A stretch of 64,000 nt of DNA from Clostridiales bacterium (GCA_012727435.1 JAAYHB010000003.1:1315-65314), one strand, 5' to 3'. Counted from the stretch's first letter, positions 16,503 through 26,152 are shown. Program-made: numbers and translations. The notes: generated by a model from the sequence alone, not told the origin.

Positions 16503-18215
16503 TTACGCCTTTACCTTGTTTGCGGCTTTTTCGTTTATGGTGACACCATACTGCTCGGTCTTTTCGGTCACCCAACTCTCGGTTCTCTCAAAGATAATTT
16601 CGTTCTTGACGCTGACATACCACGCCGGTTTGCCCTCGCCGTCGTAATACATGATATGGAAGCCGTAATCTGTCTCGACAATACCGACATCCCCGACCTT
16701 CCGCGATTCGTCAAAGAGCCACTCTTCGAACTCCTTGACCATCTGACCGCGGACGACGCCGGTGTAGAAGTTGTTTGAGTCCTCGTTGTACTCGTCGGCA
16801 AGCGCTTCGAAGGCCTCTTTTGTCATCTCGCCGCTCTTATACAGGTCAAGCACGCGCTCGGCCTCTGCCTCGGGGTCATCGTGGTTATCATGCTTGAAGA
16901 GGATATGCCCGACATTTCTGGTTATCTGCTCATCGCGGCCCATGGGGGAAAGCATGTAATAGACCGTGACCGAATAGCCGTTGTCGTCGCTCTTCTCGAT
17001 TTTGGTCATATCGCCGGTTGCCCTTGAGCTGTCGCAGAGCCACTTTACCTCGTCGGAGGCACCCTCGGCGGTCGGATCGCTGTAAGGATAGTATTTAGTC
17101 TTCAGTCCTTCAAGTTTTGTGGTAAGATAGCTTACAAGGTCAATTTCAATCGAGTTGAATATTTTATCAAGTGTATCGGAGCTACCGGGCGGCTCTACTG
17201 TTTCCCCGGCAAGCGCCTTCTCGACGGCATCGGCAACCACCGCAGCCTTGCGGGTATTCAGCTCTGCCTCGTCGGGGAGCAGGTCTTCACTGTATTCCTC
17301 TGCCTTCTTTTCGTAAAGAGTATCAAAGTATGTGTCGGCCTCATGCTCGGCGACATACCGCCTGAAGGCCTCCCCGGTTGTGCAGGCCAAAAGTTCATTT
17401 GCATATTCTTCTGCTTTGGCCTTTTCAGCATCAAAATCATATGAGGGGTCATCACTTACCTTTGATGCCGAGAAGGTGTATGAGAGGAAATCGGCGGTCC
17501 AGAAATCGGTCTTGTGCTCCTCGTAATAGGCATCGACATCGCCGTCGGTTATCGCGTCCGAAATTTCCTCCCCGATTATTTTGGCGCATTTGGCGGCAAG
17601 CTGAGACATCTCAAGCGCCCGGCGGATATCCTTGATTCTCACGCCGGGACCGTACATCAGGGTGGTAAAGGTATTAATCGGATATCCTTCTTCGGCGGCC
17701 TTGGACTTCAGGGTCTCGATGTTCTCGTCGATGAGCTGATAATCCTCATCGTCAAGCGTGATTCCACGAGCGCGCGCCTCCTCGCAGTACACCATCATTC
17801 CCTTAACCTGCTCAAGGGTGGCATCCATGAAATAATCAAACCAGGTTATACCCTCGTCATACTCCTGAGCCTTGAGGGACTTGCTTGTGTCAAGCCCAAG
17901 ATATCGCGCGTAACTCCCGTAAATGTTGAGGAAGCTGTTGTAATTGGCATAGAAATAATACGACATTTCCGTGCCGTTTATCGAATAGTTCTCGCTTCTC
18001 GCCACGGTCGACCAGCGGAGCAAATACCCGCTGTCAGACAAGGCGCTGAGCACTACGAGCACAACCAAAAGGGTAAGGATAAGTACGACAGTGAGCGTCC
18101 ATACCCATGTGGGGGTCTGCTTTTTCCGCTTTTTGGGGACATATAAGCTATTGCCTGCCGAGCTCTCGGCCAGCTGTTGTGTTTTTCTGAGTTTTTCTCT
18201 GCTGCCTTTTCCCAT
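16503..18215 (-). CDS. membrane-anchored peptidyl-prolyl isomerase, parvulin/PrsA-SurA-like
   Basis: 570 aa with an N-terminal TM helix. The C-terminal PPIC domain has VGHILF and GFHIMYY. Confidence 0.8.
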   Translation of the reverse strand: MGKGSREKLRKTQQLAESSAGNSLYVPKKRKKQTPTWVWTLTVVLILTLLVVLVVLSALSDSGYLLRWSTVARSENYSINGTEMSYYFYANYNSFLNIYGSYARYLGLDTSKSLKAQEYDEGITWFDYFMDATLEQVKGMMVYCEEARARGITLDDEDYQLIDENIETLKSKAAEEGYPINTFTTLMYGPGVRIKDIRRALEMSQLAAKCAKIIGEEISDAITDGDVDAYYEEHKTDFWTADFLSYTFSASKVSDDPSYDFDAEKAKAEEYANELLACTTGEAFRRYVAEHEADTYFDTLYEKKAEEYSEDLLPDEAELNTRKAAVVADAVEKALAGETVEPPGSSDTLDKIFNSIEIDLVSYLTTKLEGLKTKYYPYSDPTAEGASDEVKWLCDSSRATGDMTKIEKSDDNGYSVTVYYMLSPMGRDEQITRNVGHILFKHDNHDDPEAEAERVLDLYKSGEMTKEAFEALADEYNEDSNNFYTGVVRGQMVKEFEEWLFDESRKVGDVGIVETDYGFHIMYYDGEGKPAWYVSVKNEIIFERTESWVTEKTEQYGVTINEKAANKVKA

Positions 18216-18363
18216 AAGAATGACTTCCTTTAGCTGTAATATGGTGCGGGAATATCCCGATTCTAAAAAACGGTAGCTTATATTATATCCTGTAACCTTG
18301 ATAGTTATATGAACATAATATGAACTTAATACAAACTTTTCTTAGTTTTGAAGCTTTGCAGTG

Positions 18364-20106
18364 TCAGATATACATAATTACCGGGAGAACCATCGGACGG
18401 CGCTTGGTCTTGGCGTACAGGAACTTCGATATGTCGTCCCTTACCCTTCCCTTAAGTGAGACGTTGTCGATTTTCCCCCTTGTGTTAATGCCGGCAAAAA
18501 GGGCGTTTGTGGCAACCTCCCGAAGTTGCTCCATGAGCTCGTCCGACTCGCGGACATACACAAACCCGCGGGAAACGATATCCGGCCCCGAGAGCAGCAG
18601 CCGCTCGTCGGGGTCAATCGAGGCCACCACCACGACCAGCCCGTCCTGCGCCAGATGCCTGCGGTCGCGCAACACGATATTTCCGATGTCTCCCACGCTG
18701 TTGCCGTCGACCAGCACCTTCCCGGCCTGCACGGTCTCGGTCAGCGCCGCCCCCCGGCTGCCGATTTCAAGCACCCGCCCGAGTTCGGGTATGAAGATAT
18801 TTGCGCTGTCCATGCCCAGCGAGAGGGCAAGCTCGCGGTTGGCATACAGATGACGGTATTCGCCGTGAACCGGCATGAAGTATTTCGGCTTTACCAGCGC
18901 TTGAATGAGCTTGAGCTCCTCCTGACATGCGTGTCCCGACACATGGACCTCGAAAATGCTGTCGTGAAGCACCTTCACGCCGTTGCGGCAGAGCTCGTTT
19001 ATCACCCGGCCGATGAGCTTTTCGTTCCCCGGGATTGCGCTCGACGAGAGCACCACCAGATCCCCGGGGCCGAGCGTGACCTGATTGTGGTCCGAGAAGG
19101 CCATACGGTAGAGCGCCGACATCGGCTCGCCCTGGGTTCCGGTAGTTATCAGCGTGAGCTGCTCGGGGGAATAACGCTTGATTTCGCTAATGTCGATAAG
19201 CACCCCGGGGGGAATATTCATATACCCGAGCTCGGTCGCAGCCCCGACGATATTTAGCATGCTCCGCCCGGTTATTGCCACCTTGCGCCCGCGGCGCGCG
19301 CTGATGTCAATAATCTGCTTGACGCGGTGAACGTTTGAGGAAAAGGTGGCGATGATTATCCTTTTGTCGTTGTTTACCGTGAAGATGTATTCAAGCGATT
19401 TCCCTACCTTGCTCTCGGAGGGGGTGTATCCCGGGCGCTCGGCGTTGGTCGAATCACACATGAGGAGCAGTACCCCTTTGCGCCCCAGCTCGCCCAGGCG
19501 CGTGAGATCCATCATCTCGCCGTCATAGGGCGAGGTGTCGAGCTTGAAGTCGCCCGAATGTATGACCACGCCGCGCGGTGTGGTGATAGCGAGGCAGCAG
19601 GCGTCGGCAATCGAGTGATTTACCCTTATAAATTCGACTGTAAAGACACCGAGCTTTATCGTATCCCCGGCGCTCACACAGATAAGATTCGGCTCCCAGG
19701 GCAGCTTGAATTCCCTGAGCTTGTTTTTCAAAATTCCGAGCGTGAGCTTGGTGCCGTAGACAGGCGGGTTTATCGAGCGCAGCACATAGGGCATGGCTCC
19801 GATATGGTCCTCGTGACCGTGCGTGAGGAGTATCCCGCGTATCTTGTCGCGCCGCTCCTCAAGGTAGGTTATGTCGGGGATGACAAGGTCAATCCCGAGC
19901 ATGTCCTCATCGGGAAAGCTGAGCCCGCAGTCGATGACTATAATGTCGTGGCCGTACTCGAGCACCGTCATGTTTTTCCCGATTTCATTCACCCCGCCGA
20001 GCGGGATTACCCGCAGCTTTGAGGATTCCCGCTCTCCCCTGCCCGGCCGGCCGGGCTTTCTGACCCTTGTGGCATGAAGCAGTTTTCCGTTTTCTTTTTT
20101 ATCCAT
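18364..20106 (-). CDS. rnj: ribonuclease J
   Basis: 580 aa beta-CASP metallo-beta-lactamase with HGHEDHIGA, of typical RNase J length. Confidence 0.9.
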   Translation of the reverse strand: MDKKENGKLLHATRVRKPGRPGRGERESSKLRVIPLGGVNEIGKNMTVLEYGHDIIVIDCGLSFPDEDMLGIDLVIPDITYLEERRDKIRGILLTHGHEDHIGAMPYVLRSINPPVYGTKLTLGILKNKLREFKLPWEPNLICVSAGDTIKLGVFTVEFIRVNHSIADACCLAITTPRGVVIHSGDFKLDTSPYDGEMMDLTRLGELGRKGVLLLMCDSTNAERPGYTPSESKVGKSLEYIFTVNNDKRIIIATFSSNVHRVKQIIDISARRGRKVAITGRSMLNIVGAATELGYMNIPPGVLIDISEIKRYSPEQLTLITTGTQGEPMSALYRMAFSDHNQVTLGPGDLVVLSSSAIPGNEKLIGRVINELCRNGVKVLHDSIFEVHVSGHACQEELKLIQALVKPKYFMPVHGEYRHLYANRELALSLGMDSANIFIPELGRVLEIGSRGAALTETVQAGKVLVDGNSVGDIGNIVLRDRRHLAQDGLVVVVASIDPDERLLLSGPDIVSRGFVYVRESDELMEQLREVATNALFAGINTRGKIDNVSLKGRVRDDISKFLYAKTKRRPMVLPVIMYI

Positions 20107-20251
20107 AAATTATCCTTTCGTATTAGTGTCCCTGTTTATTAAGCTGTTTTTTTATCAAGGCATGCAAACACAGCCTCCCCTTACCCTGCGGCAACGACCA
20201 CCCGCGGGGTGCGTGAGGCTAAAGCAAAAAAGCGGCCACACAAACTGATTT

Positions 20252-20280
20252 ATTATATATCACATTGTAAATTTTGTCAA
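20252..20280 (-). promoter_or_regulatory. sigmaA-type promoter for rnj
   Basis: Minus strand TTGACA (20280..20275), 17-nt spacer, TATAAT (20257..20252). It implies a structured leader of about 140 nt. Confidence 0.55.
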
Positions 20281-20335
20281 CTCATTTTTCGAGCACAGGT
20301 TTCCCGGGCCGGCCTCATACCTGCAGCGGCAGGTT

Positions 20336-20626
20336 TCAGTGTATAACAGCCGACAGCAACCATGCCAGCCCGGTGACAAATGACCCGCTGAGCAGTCCGG
20401 CAACAAAGAGCCATACCCGCATAGCCGGGCCCGGAGCTCCTCGCTTGCTGTCGCAAGACGAAAAGCTGTTTTCTTCAACTATCCGGTTGGCTTCGCGAAG
20501 CAGGTCGCTGTGCGTGTGCGGCCTTATGTCGGCGTCGGGTTTGACAATAAAATATGCGGTTTCAAACATGCTGCTTCCGGTTCCGTTGAGCACGATCATT
20601 TGCCTTGAACAGCCCTTGATTGCCAT
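20336..20626 (-). CDS. hypothetical small protein with a C-terminal TM helix
   Basis: Start trimmed to MAIKGCSRQMIVLNG (ATG 20626), preceded by GGAAGGAGG. Confidence 0.6.
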   Translation of the reverse strand: MAIKGCSRQMIVLNGTGSSMFETAYFIVKPDADIRPHTHSDLLREANRIVEENSFSSCDSKRGAPGPAMRVWLFVAGLLSGSFVTGLAWLLSAVIH

Positions 20627-20770
20627 TGTTTTTCCTCCTTCCGAAATGCTCCGGCATCCTGAATCTGCGTCAGGATGCTCAAACTTATTAATGCTTCCCG
20701 AAAGGTTGCCGAGCCTTTTGCCGGGAACAGACGATATGTACACTCCTATTATTTCCCGGGGAAGGAAGCT

Positions 20771-21301
20771 CTAAACACGGGGGAAAAACAAACGACAGAC
20801 AAGGCACGAGAAGAATATGCCGAAAATCATGACTGCTATGGCTACCGGAAAGGCATGCCTGCTCCGTCTGACGCCGGCGGCCGAAAAGTAAACGGTAATG
20901 ACATAAATCAGGGTATCGGTGCTGCCCATTATCACCGAGGCGCAGAAGGCTTCAAAGCTGTCGGCGCCGTATTTTTCAAGCAGCGCCGAAAAAACCGCGG
21001 TCGAAGCGCTCCCAGAAACCGGGCGGGTGAGCAACAGCGGGAGCAGCCCTTCGGGTATTCCGAGTACTGCGGCGGCCGGCGCGATTTTTTCGCAGACAAA
21101 ATCCACCGCTCCCGAGGCATTTAGCATGCTGACCGCGCATACCAGCGCGACAAGCGTGGGGAGCAGCCCCACGGCGGTATCAAGTCCTGTTTTCGCACCC
21201 TTGATAAAGCTGTCGAAAAACCGGCTGCCGCCTGCAATCATAATAAGCCCGGCGGCACACACTATGACCGGAATTATAAGCGAGGAAAAAAACCCGGCCA
21301 C
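20771..21301 (-). CDS. spmB: spore maturation protein B (nucleoside recognition domain)
   Basis: 176-aa membrane protein with a GTG start and GGAGGA RBS. It lies directly after spmA. Confidence 0.8.
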   Translation of the reverse strand: MAGFFSSLIIPVIVCAAGLIMIAGGSRFFDSFIKGAKTGLDTAVGLLPTLVALVCAVSMLNASGAVDFVCEKIAPAAAVLGIPEGLLPLLLTRPVSGSASTAVFSALLEKYGADSFEAFCASVIMGSTDTLIYVITVYFSAAGVRRSRHAFPVAIAVMIFGIFFSCLVCRLFFPRV

Positions 21302-21303
21302 AA

Positions 21304-22008
21304 CTATCCTCCACGACTCCCCGGCGAAGCTGTCGCGGCTCCCGAGGCTGCACCCCCGGCAGTTTTGCCCGTCGCGGCTGCCGCCGCTCCGGAAACCACA
21401 TTACCGGTTCTGGGCTTTCTGCCCGCCGGCCCCCTCCCTGCCGCCGCAGCTGCCCTTGAGAGCAAGAGGGCAAAGACTGCACAAGAGGCCGAGCAAATCC
21501 AGACCGGGACCACAATTATAAAGGGCTGCGCCGAGCCCGCGGCACGCCGCAGGGCAATCACCGTCGAGGGCAGGATCGACATCGACGCGGTGTTGAGTAC
21601 GGCAAGTGTTATCATGTCGTCCGAGGCGCGGGACGGGTCGGGATTTGCCGCCTGCATTTTCTGCATCGCGCGTATGCCGAGCGGGGTGGCGGCGTTTCCG
21701 AGCCCGAGCAGGTTTGCGCTGATGTTGGCGGCGATTTCCTCCGCACCCTGCCGGGTCCTGTAGGCGGTCGGGAAAAAGACCCGTAAAAACGGAGACATAA
21801 GCGCCGATAAGCGCCTTATCAGCCCGGCATCCTCGAGAACCTGCATAATCCCGCACCACAGGCACATGATTCCGACGAGGGTAAGTACAAGCTCCACCGC
21901 CTGTGCCGCACCGTCAAGCACCGCGTTAGAAAGGCCGGCCGTATTTCCTGTCGCTATGGCAAAAACAAGTGAGATCAGACAGATGATACCAAACACCCAC
22001 CCGAGCAT
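21304..22008 (-). CDS. spmA: spore maturation protein A, with an Ala/Gly-rich C-terminal tail
   Basis: The N-terminal ~185 aa are SpmA-like (MLGWVFGIICLISLVFAIATGN). The last ~48 aa are low complexity. Confidence 0.8.
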   Translation of the reverse strand: MLGWVFGIICLISLVFAIATGNTAGLSNAVLDGAAQAVELVLTLVGIMCLWCGIMQVLEDAGLIRRLSALMSPFLRVFFPTAYRTRQGAEEIAANISANLLGLGNAATPLGIRAMQKMQAANPDPSRASDDMITLAVLNTASMSILPSTVIALRRAAGSAQPFIIVVPVWICSASCAVFALLLSRAAAAAGRGPAGRKPRTGNVVSGAAAAATGKTAGGAASGAATASPGSRGG

Positions 22009-22110
22009 TTTTTATCCTCCCGATATAACAGTATTCGACATAATCTACGGTATTGTGACATTTCTTAAAAAAATAAGTCACAAACCAACAAAAATAACCA
22101 TTATATGGTA

Positions 22111-22139
22111 TTGACAAACTCAAAAAAATGGTGTATAAT
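22111..22139 (+). promoter_or_regulatory. sigmaA-type extended -10 promoter for the AbrB-like gene
   Basis: TTGACA (22111..22116), 17-nt spacer ending in TG, TATAAT (22134..22139). Confidence 0.6.
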
Positions 22140-22209
22140 AATGGCATAAATACTACGGAACTGTCCCGTAGGGGATTATTGTGCTCTATGAAAGGAGTTG
22201 TAAAAGCCA

Positions 22210-22455
22210 ATGAAATCTACAGGAATGGTACGTCCGGTGGATGAGTTGGGGCGGATAGTTCTGCCGAAGGAAATACGCACAACCTTCGACATCAATCCGA
22301 AGGATTCGGTAGAAATATTCACCGACGGCGACAGGATTATTCTGTCAAAATATCTGCCTGCGTGTATTTTCTGTGGAAATGCCGATCAGGTCATATTCTT
22401 CAACGGCAAGCGCATTTGCACCGAGTGTCTCGAAAAGCTGAAGACTATGCTCTAA
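22210..22455 (+). CDS. AbrB/MazE/SpoVT-family transition-state regulator with a C-terminal Cys4 motif
   Basis: MKSTGMVRPVDELGRIVLPKEIR is an AbrB-like swapped-hairpin N-terminus. The C-terminus carries CIFCG..14 aa..CTEC. Confidence 0.88.
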   Translation: MKSTGMVRPVDELGRIVLPKEIRTTFDINPKDSVEIFTDGDRIILSKYLPACIFCGNADQVIFFNGKRICTECLEKLKTML

Positions 22456-22483
22456 TATTCTATTTCGGCATCTCCCAAAATAT

Positions 22484-22524
22484 AACGGCGGGCCGCACAG
22501 TGCGGCCTGCCGTTATGTTTTTTT
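22484..22524 (+). terminator. intrinsic terminator of the AbrB-like gene
   Basis: AACGGCGGGCCGCACAGTGCGGCCTGCCGTT followed by ATGTTTTTTT. Confidence 0.75.
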
Positions 22525-22534
22525 CGGGGTTTAT

Positions 22535-22605
22535 GTGGGGGCGCTGTCCCCACACCCCCGCTTAAGGAACTTTTTTAAAAAAAGTTCCTTAAGAATCCTC
22601 AAAAC
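22535..22605 (+). repeat. bipartite double-hairpin intergenic repeat, copy 4
   Basis: GTGGGGGCGCTGTCCCCAC, ACCCCCGCT, TAAGGAACTTTTTTAAAAAAAGTTCCTTA, AGAATCCTCAAAAC. Confidence 0.85.
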
Positions 22606-22688
22606 TTTTCAAACCTATATCGCTTATACTGCATGCGCGGTCCCCACAACCCGCGCCTTGCTGCCATAAGCTCACTCGCTGATTTTAT

Positions 22689-23120
22689 CTAAGCATCATC
22701 GCGGTTTGTTTTAAGTTTTTCAGATGCCCATTGAATAGTCGCGATAATCTCCCCCGCAAAGAAAAAGAGCGCCAAGACTATTATTATCATAGGCATGTAC
22801 ACAAGCGTTTGGTCAAAATAAAGCCTTAAGACATAGTAAACCGGAACCGCCGAGACGACAATACCGATAAAGGGCAGACGGTCGGTCGCCGCGCAGATAA
22901 CCGAGCTTACCAGAAAAACCCCGAAAAGCACCAGATACTCGCGAAAGCCCTTGACATTGGTGAGAACGGTCTGAACCTCCCCGGTTTCCTCATCGACAAC
23001 AGGGTCTCCGAACGTGAAGTATGAATATAAAATAAAAAGCAATATGAGAAAGCACACAAAATACCCAAACCCTTCGGTGAATCTCTTGCAGTATTTCAAA
23101 ACGACCTCCGGTACCGTCAC
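22689..23120 (-). CDS. hypothetical membrane protein
   Basis: 143-aa ORF with about 4 hydrophobic helices. GTG start with a weak RBS. Confidence 0.5.
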   Translation of the reverse strand: MTVPEVVLKYCKRFTEGFGYFVCFLILLFILYSYFTFGDPVVDEETGEVQTVLTNVKGFREYLVLFGVFLVSSVICAATDRLPFIGIVVSAVPVYYVLRLYFDQTLVYMPMIIIVLALFFFAGEIIATIQWASEKLKTNRDDA

Positions 23121-23310
23121 CCACGCCGGGCAAAGGTGACTGTTTTATGCTAAAGACATATGCCCCGGTTGTCAAGTCATACCGGCTTTTTGCCTCAGGA
23201 CATATACCGTGCTCAGCACCGGTTGCGACTACCCATAGCAAGCTTTGAACTTTTCGGATTTATTCTATCATACAGAAAGCCTCATTTCAAGTATTTCTCG
23301 ACAAACCGTA

Positions 23311-23339
23311 TTGCAGGGTGTGTTTTTTTATGCTATAAT
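23311..23339 (+). promoter_or_regulatory. sigmaA-type promoter for the kinase gene
   Basis: TTGCAG (23311..23316), 17-nt spacer, TATAAT (23334..23339). Confidence 0.5.
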
Positions 23340-23397
23340 TACAATGGCAGTATTTGAGTGGTACGGCAACTTTAGTTTTTCGGTTTTTGGAGACAAA

Positions 23398-24681
23398 ATG
23401 AACATCAACTGTCTGATAAAAACAATCGAGACCGGCGGACTTGACGACATATTTGCCTCTCTTTACCCCGGAGCAGATATCCTCGACGTGCGTACCCGCT
23501 ATCTTGACGCGGCAAAAAACTTCCTCGGCATGTTCGGCCCGGGGCGGGAGGTAATGCTCTTTTCGGTACCGGGGCGCAGCGAGCTGTCGGGCAACCACAC
23601 CGACCACAACCGCGGCTGCGTCATTGCCTCGTCTGTCGACCTCGACATAATAGCCATAGCCTCTCCCCGCACTGACCGGCAGATAAGGCTCAAGAGCGAG
23701 GGGCTGCCGCAGAACAGCGTCGATATAGACCGATACACCAAGCCCGATCCGGCGAAATTCGGCAACTCAGCCTCGCTCATCGCCGGCATGTGTACCGGGT
23801 TCGCAAAGTCCGGATATTCTGTCGGCGGGTTTGACGCATACACCACCTCAAAAATCCCCAAAGGGACAGGGCTTTCTTCTTCCGCCGCTTTTGAGGTGAT
23901 GGTCGGGACAATTCTGAACCACTTCTACAATGGCGGGAAAGTCGATAATGTCGAAATCGCAAAAATCGCTCAGTATGCCGAAAACGAATTTTTCGGCAAG
24001 CCCTGCGGGCTCATGGACCAGATAGCCTGCGCCGTCGGGGGAATTGTGGCTATCGACTTTGCCAGCCCTGAAAATCCTCTGATCGAAAAACTGGACTTCG
24101 ACCTGACCTCAAGGGGCTACAACCTCTGCATTGTCGACACCCGGGGCAGCCACGCCGGGCTGACCGACGAATACGCCGCAATCCCCGGCGAAATGAAGGA
24201 AGTGGCTTCTCACTTCGGGCGGACCTGCCTGCGCGAGGTCGACGAAAGAGAACTCATGGCGGCTATACCGGAACTCAGAGAAAAATACGGCGACCGTGCC
24301 GTCCTGCGTGCGCTGCACTTCATGGAGGAAAACAAGCGGGTTGCCGAGCAAAAGCAGGCGCTGCGCGGGGGCGACCTCGGCCGTTATTTTGCCTGTGTCA
24401 TTGCCTCGGGACGCTCGTCCTTCTGCTACCTTCAGAATGTATTCACCCCCAAAAACATAAAGGAACAGGGGCTGTCATTGGCCCTCTGCCTTGCCGAGGG
24501 ATACCTTGCCGGAAAGACCGCCGCATGGCGGGTTCACGGCGGGGGCTTTGCCGGCTCGATTCAGGCATATGTAAAATCAGACGATGTCGAAGGGTTCAGG
24601 CAGCTCATGGACGGGGTGTTCGGACGCGGGGCATGCTCGGTGCTTAACATACGCCAGCAGGGAGCTATTCGCCTCTGCTGA
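23398..24681 (+). CDS. galactokinase-family GHMP kinase
   Basis: Start trimmed to MNINCLIK (GGAGA RBS). Motifs PGRSELSGNHTDHNRG and PKGTGLSSSAAFEV are present. Confidence 0.85.
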   Translation: MNINCLIKTIETGGLDDIFASLYPGADILDVRTRYLDAAKNFLGMFGPGREVMLFSVPGRSELSGNHTDHNRGCVIASSVDLDIIAIASPRTDRQIRLKSEGLPQNSVDIDRYTKPDPAKFGNSASLIAGMCTGFAKSGYSVGGFDAYTTSKIPKGTGLSSSAAFEVMVGTILNHFYNGGKVDNVEIAKIAQYAENEFFGKPCGLMDQIACAVGGIVAIDFASPENPLIEKLDFDLTSRGYNLCIVDTRGSHAGLTDEYAAIPGEMKEVASHFGRTCLREVDERELMAAIPELREKYGDRAVLRALHFMEENKRVAEQKQALRGGDLGRYFACVIASGRSSFCYLQNVFTPKNIKEQGLSLALCLAEGYLAGKTAAWRVHGGGFAGSIQAYVKSDDVEGFRQLMDGVFGRGACSVLNIRQQGAIRLC

Positions 24682-24722
24682 TATGTGCATGACCTCCTAA
24701 TAAAATCAAAGAGAGAAAAATT

Positions 24723-25133
24723 ATGAAAACAAAGCACGGCGATGACCGCAACCGGCCGGAGGGCTCCGGCAAAATCAACTGGAAACTGCTTTTAATTCTG
24801 ATACTGAACACAACCGTCATATTCGGGTTTTACCGCTTTGCGATAACCCAGAAATATTATTTTTATGTTATGTGGGCTTACATGGCGGCAACCTCGGCCT
24901 TAGCGATCGGCTATGTCGTCTACAACCGCGGTTTTTCGCGCCGGGGGGTGACCAAAGACATGCTGCCCGACACGATGACCGATGAAGAAAAGCAGGCTTT
25001 CATCGACGACGGCGAGCGGCGGATGAAAAAATCCAAGTGGATGCTGACCCTGCTGTTTCCGTTTATTTTCACCTTCATCTATGATGTTCTGGAACTGTTT
25101 GTCGGCGACCAATTGTTCAGATTGTTTAGCTGA
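24723..25133 (+). CDS. hypothetical membrane protein
   Basis: 136-aa ORF with 3 hydrophobic segments. No family recognised. Confidence 0.55.
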   Translation: MKTKHGDDRNRPEGSGKINWKLLLILILNTTVIFGFYRFAITQKYYFYVMWAYMAATSALAIGYVVYNRGFSRRGVTKDMLPDTMTDEEKQAFIDDGERRMKKSKWMLTLLFPFIFTFIYDVLELFVGDQLFRLFS

Positions 25134-25142
25134 AGATTTAAG

Positions 25143-25925
25143 ATGACATACAGAATCATATCTCTTTATTCGGGCTCGGGCGGCAATTCGCTGCTTATTT
25201 GCGCCGGAGGAGCCAATATTCTGATAGATGCCGGCAAGAGCGCCCGCACGCTCTGCCGGTCACTTTGTGCGGTAGGCTCGGACATTCAAAAAATCGATGC
25301 GATTTTCATCACGCATGAGCACACCGACCACATCGGCGCGCTCGAGACCCTCTCAAAGAAGTACCGCATACCCGTACATATGACAGAAGCGTCTGCCGCC
25401 CGTGTCCTGCCGAGCTGCCATGCCTTTCTGGACGGACTGCTCACCACACATCCGACCGAGTTTTTGGTGTCTCTTGGCGGGCTCAGTGTAACCTCCTTCC
25501 CCACCTCGCACGACAGCGCCTGCTGTGTCGGCTACCGGATTGAGTTTTACGACGGCGGCATCTTGCGCGCCCTCGGCTGCCTGACCGACACCGGTTGCGT
25601 CACAAGACATATTGTCGAGGGACTTTGGGGCTGCGAGGCTGTGGTTCTTGAGTCCAATCACGACATAAAAATGCTCAGGCGCGGCCCCTACCCCGAGTAT
25701 CTCAAGGCCCGCATACTCTCAAGGTACGGCCATCTCTCAAACGACGACTGTGCGGCGCTCTCGGCAAAGCTGGCTGAGGCCGGCGCCCGGCATATCCTGC
25801 TCGCCCATCTCAGCCGCGAAAACAACCGCCCCGAGCTTGCCCGTGCAACCGTGCGCGCCGCGGTGCCCGACAATGAGGTGCGCATACTTGTCGCCGACCC
25901 CGACGAGCCGGTCCCCTTTGCCTGA
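25143..25925 (+). CDS. MBL-fold metallo-hydrolase
   Basis: 260 aa with the HxHxDH motif HEHTDHIGA. Confidence 0.85.
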   Translation: MTYRIISLYSGSGGNSLLICAGGANILIDAGKSARTLCRSLCAVGSDIQKIDAIFITHEHTDHIGALETLSKKYRIPVHMTEASAARVLPSCHAFLDGLLTTHPTEFLVSLGGLSVTSFPTSHDSACCVGYRIEFYDGGILRALGCLTDTGCVTRHIVEGLWGCEAVVLESNHDIKMLRRGPYPEYLKARILSRYGHLSNDDCAALSAKLAEAGARHILLAHLSRENNRPELARATVRAAVPDNEVRILVADPDEPVPFA

Positions 25926-25996
25926 ATTGACCTGCCGGGTATCTGTCAGCACGCAGCATACCGCTTCCGCGGTACGCCAGACACCTTCCCAAATGC

Positions 25997-26038
25997 AAAA
26001 TAAATGACAGAGGCCGGGGTCTCTGCCATTTATTTTTT
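25997..26038 (+). terminator. intrinsic terminator
   Basis: AAAATAAATGACAGAG..CTCTGCCATTTATTTT stem followed by a T-run. Confidence 0.7.
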
Positions 26039-26052
26039 GTAAATATCTACGA

Positions 26053-26081
26053 TTGAACCGGCATTTCTGCTGTGATATAAT
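26053..26081 (+). promoter_or_regulatory. sigmaA-type promoter
   Basis: TTGAAC (26053..26058), 17-nt spacer, TATAAT (26076..26081). Confidence 0.55.
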
Positions 26082-26152
26082 AATTTGAGCAGCATTTATG
26101 CGACCAAAAAAACCGATTACCCTGCCAATTCATAAACGGAAGGTTAATAAAA

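Noticed and set aside
21365-21865. Several 110-200-aa ORFs on both strands inside spmA/spmB (for example 20919..21521, 21365..21763, 21401..21865).
   Set aside because: This is a very GC-rich stretch where all frames stay open. The products are Ala/Pro/Arg low complexity, whereas the SpmA/SpmB frames give coherent membrane proteins.
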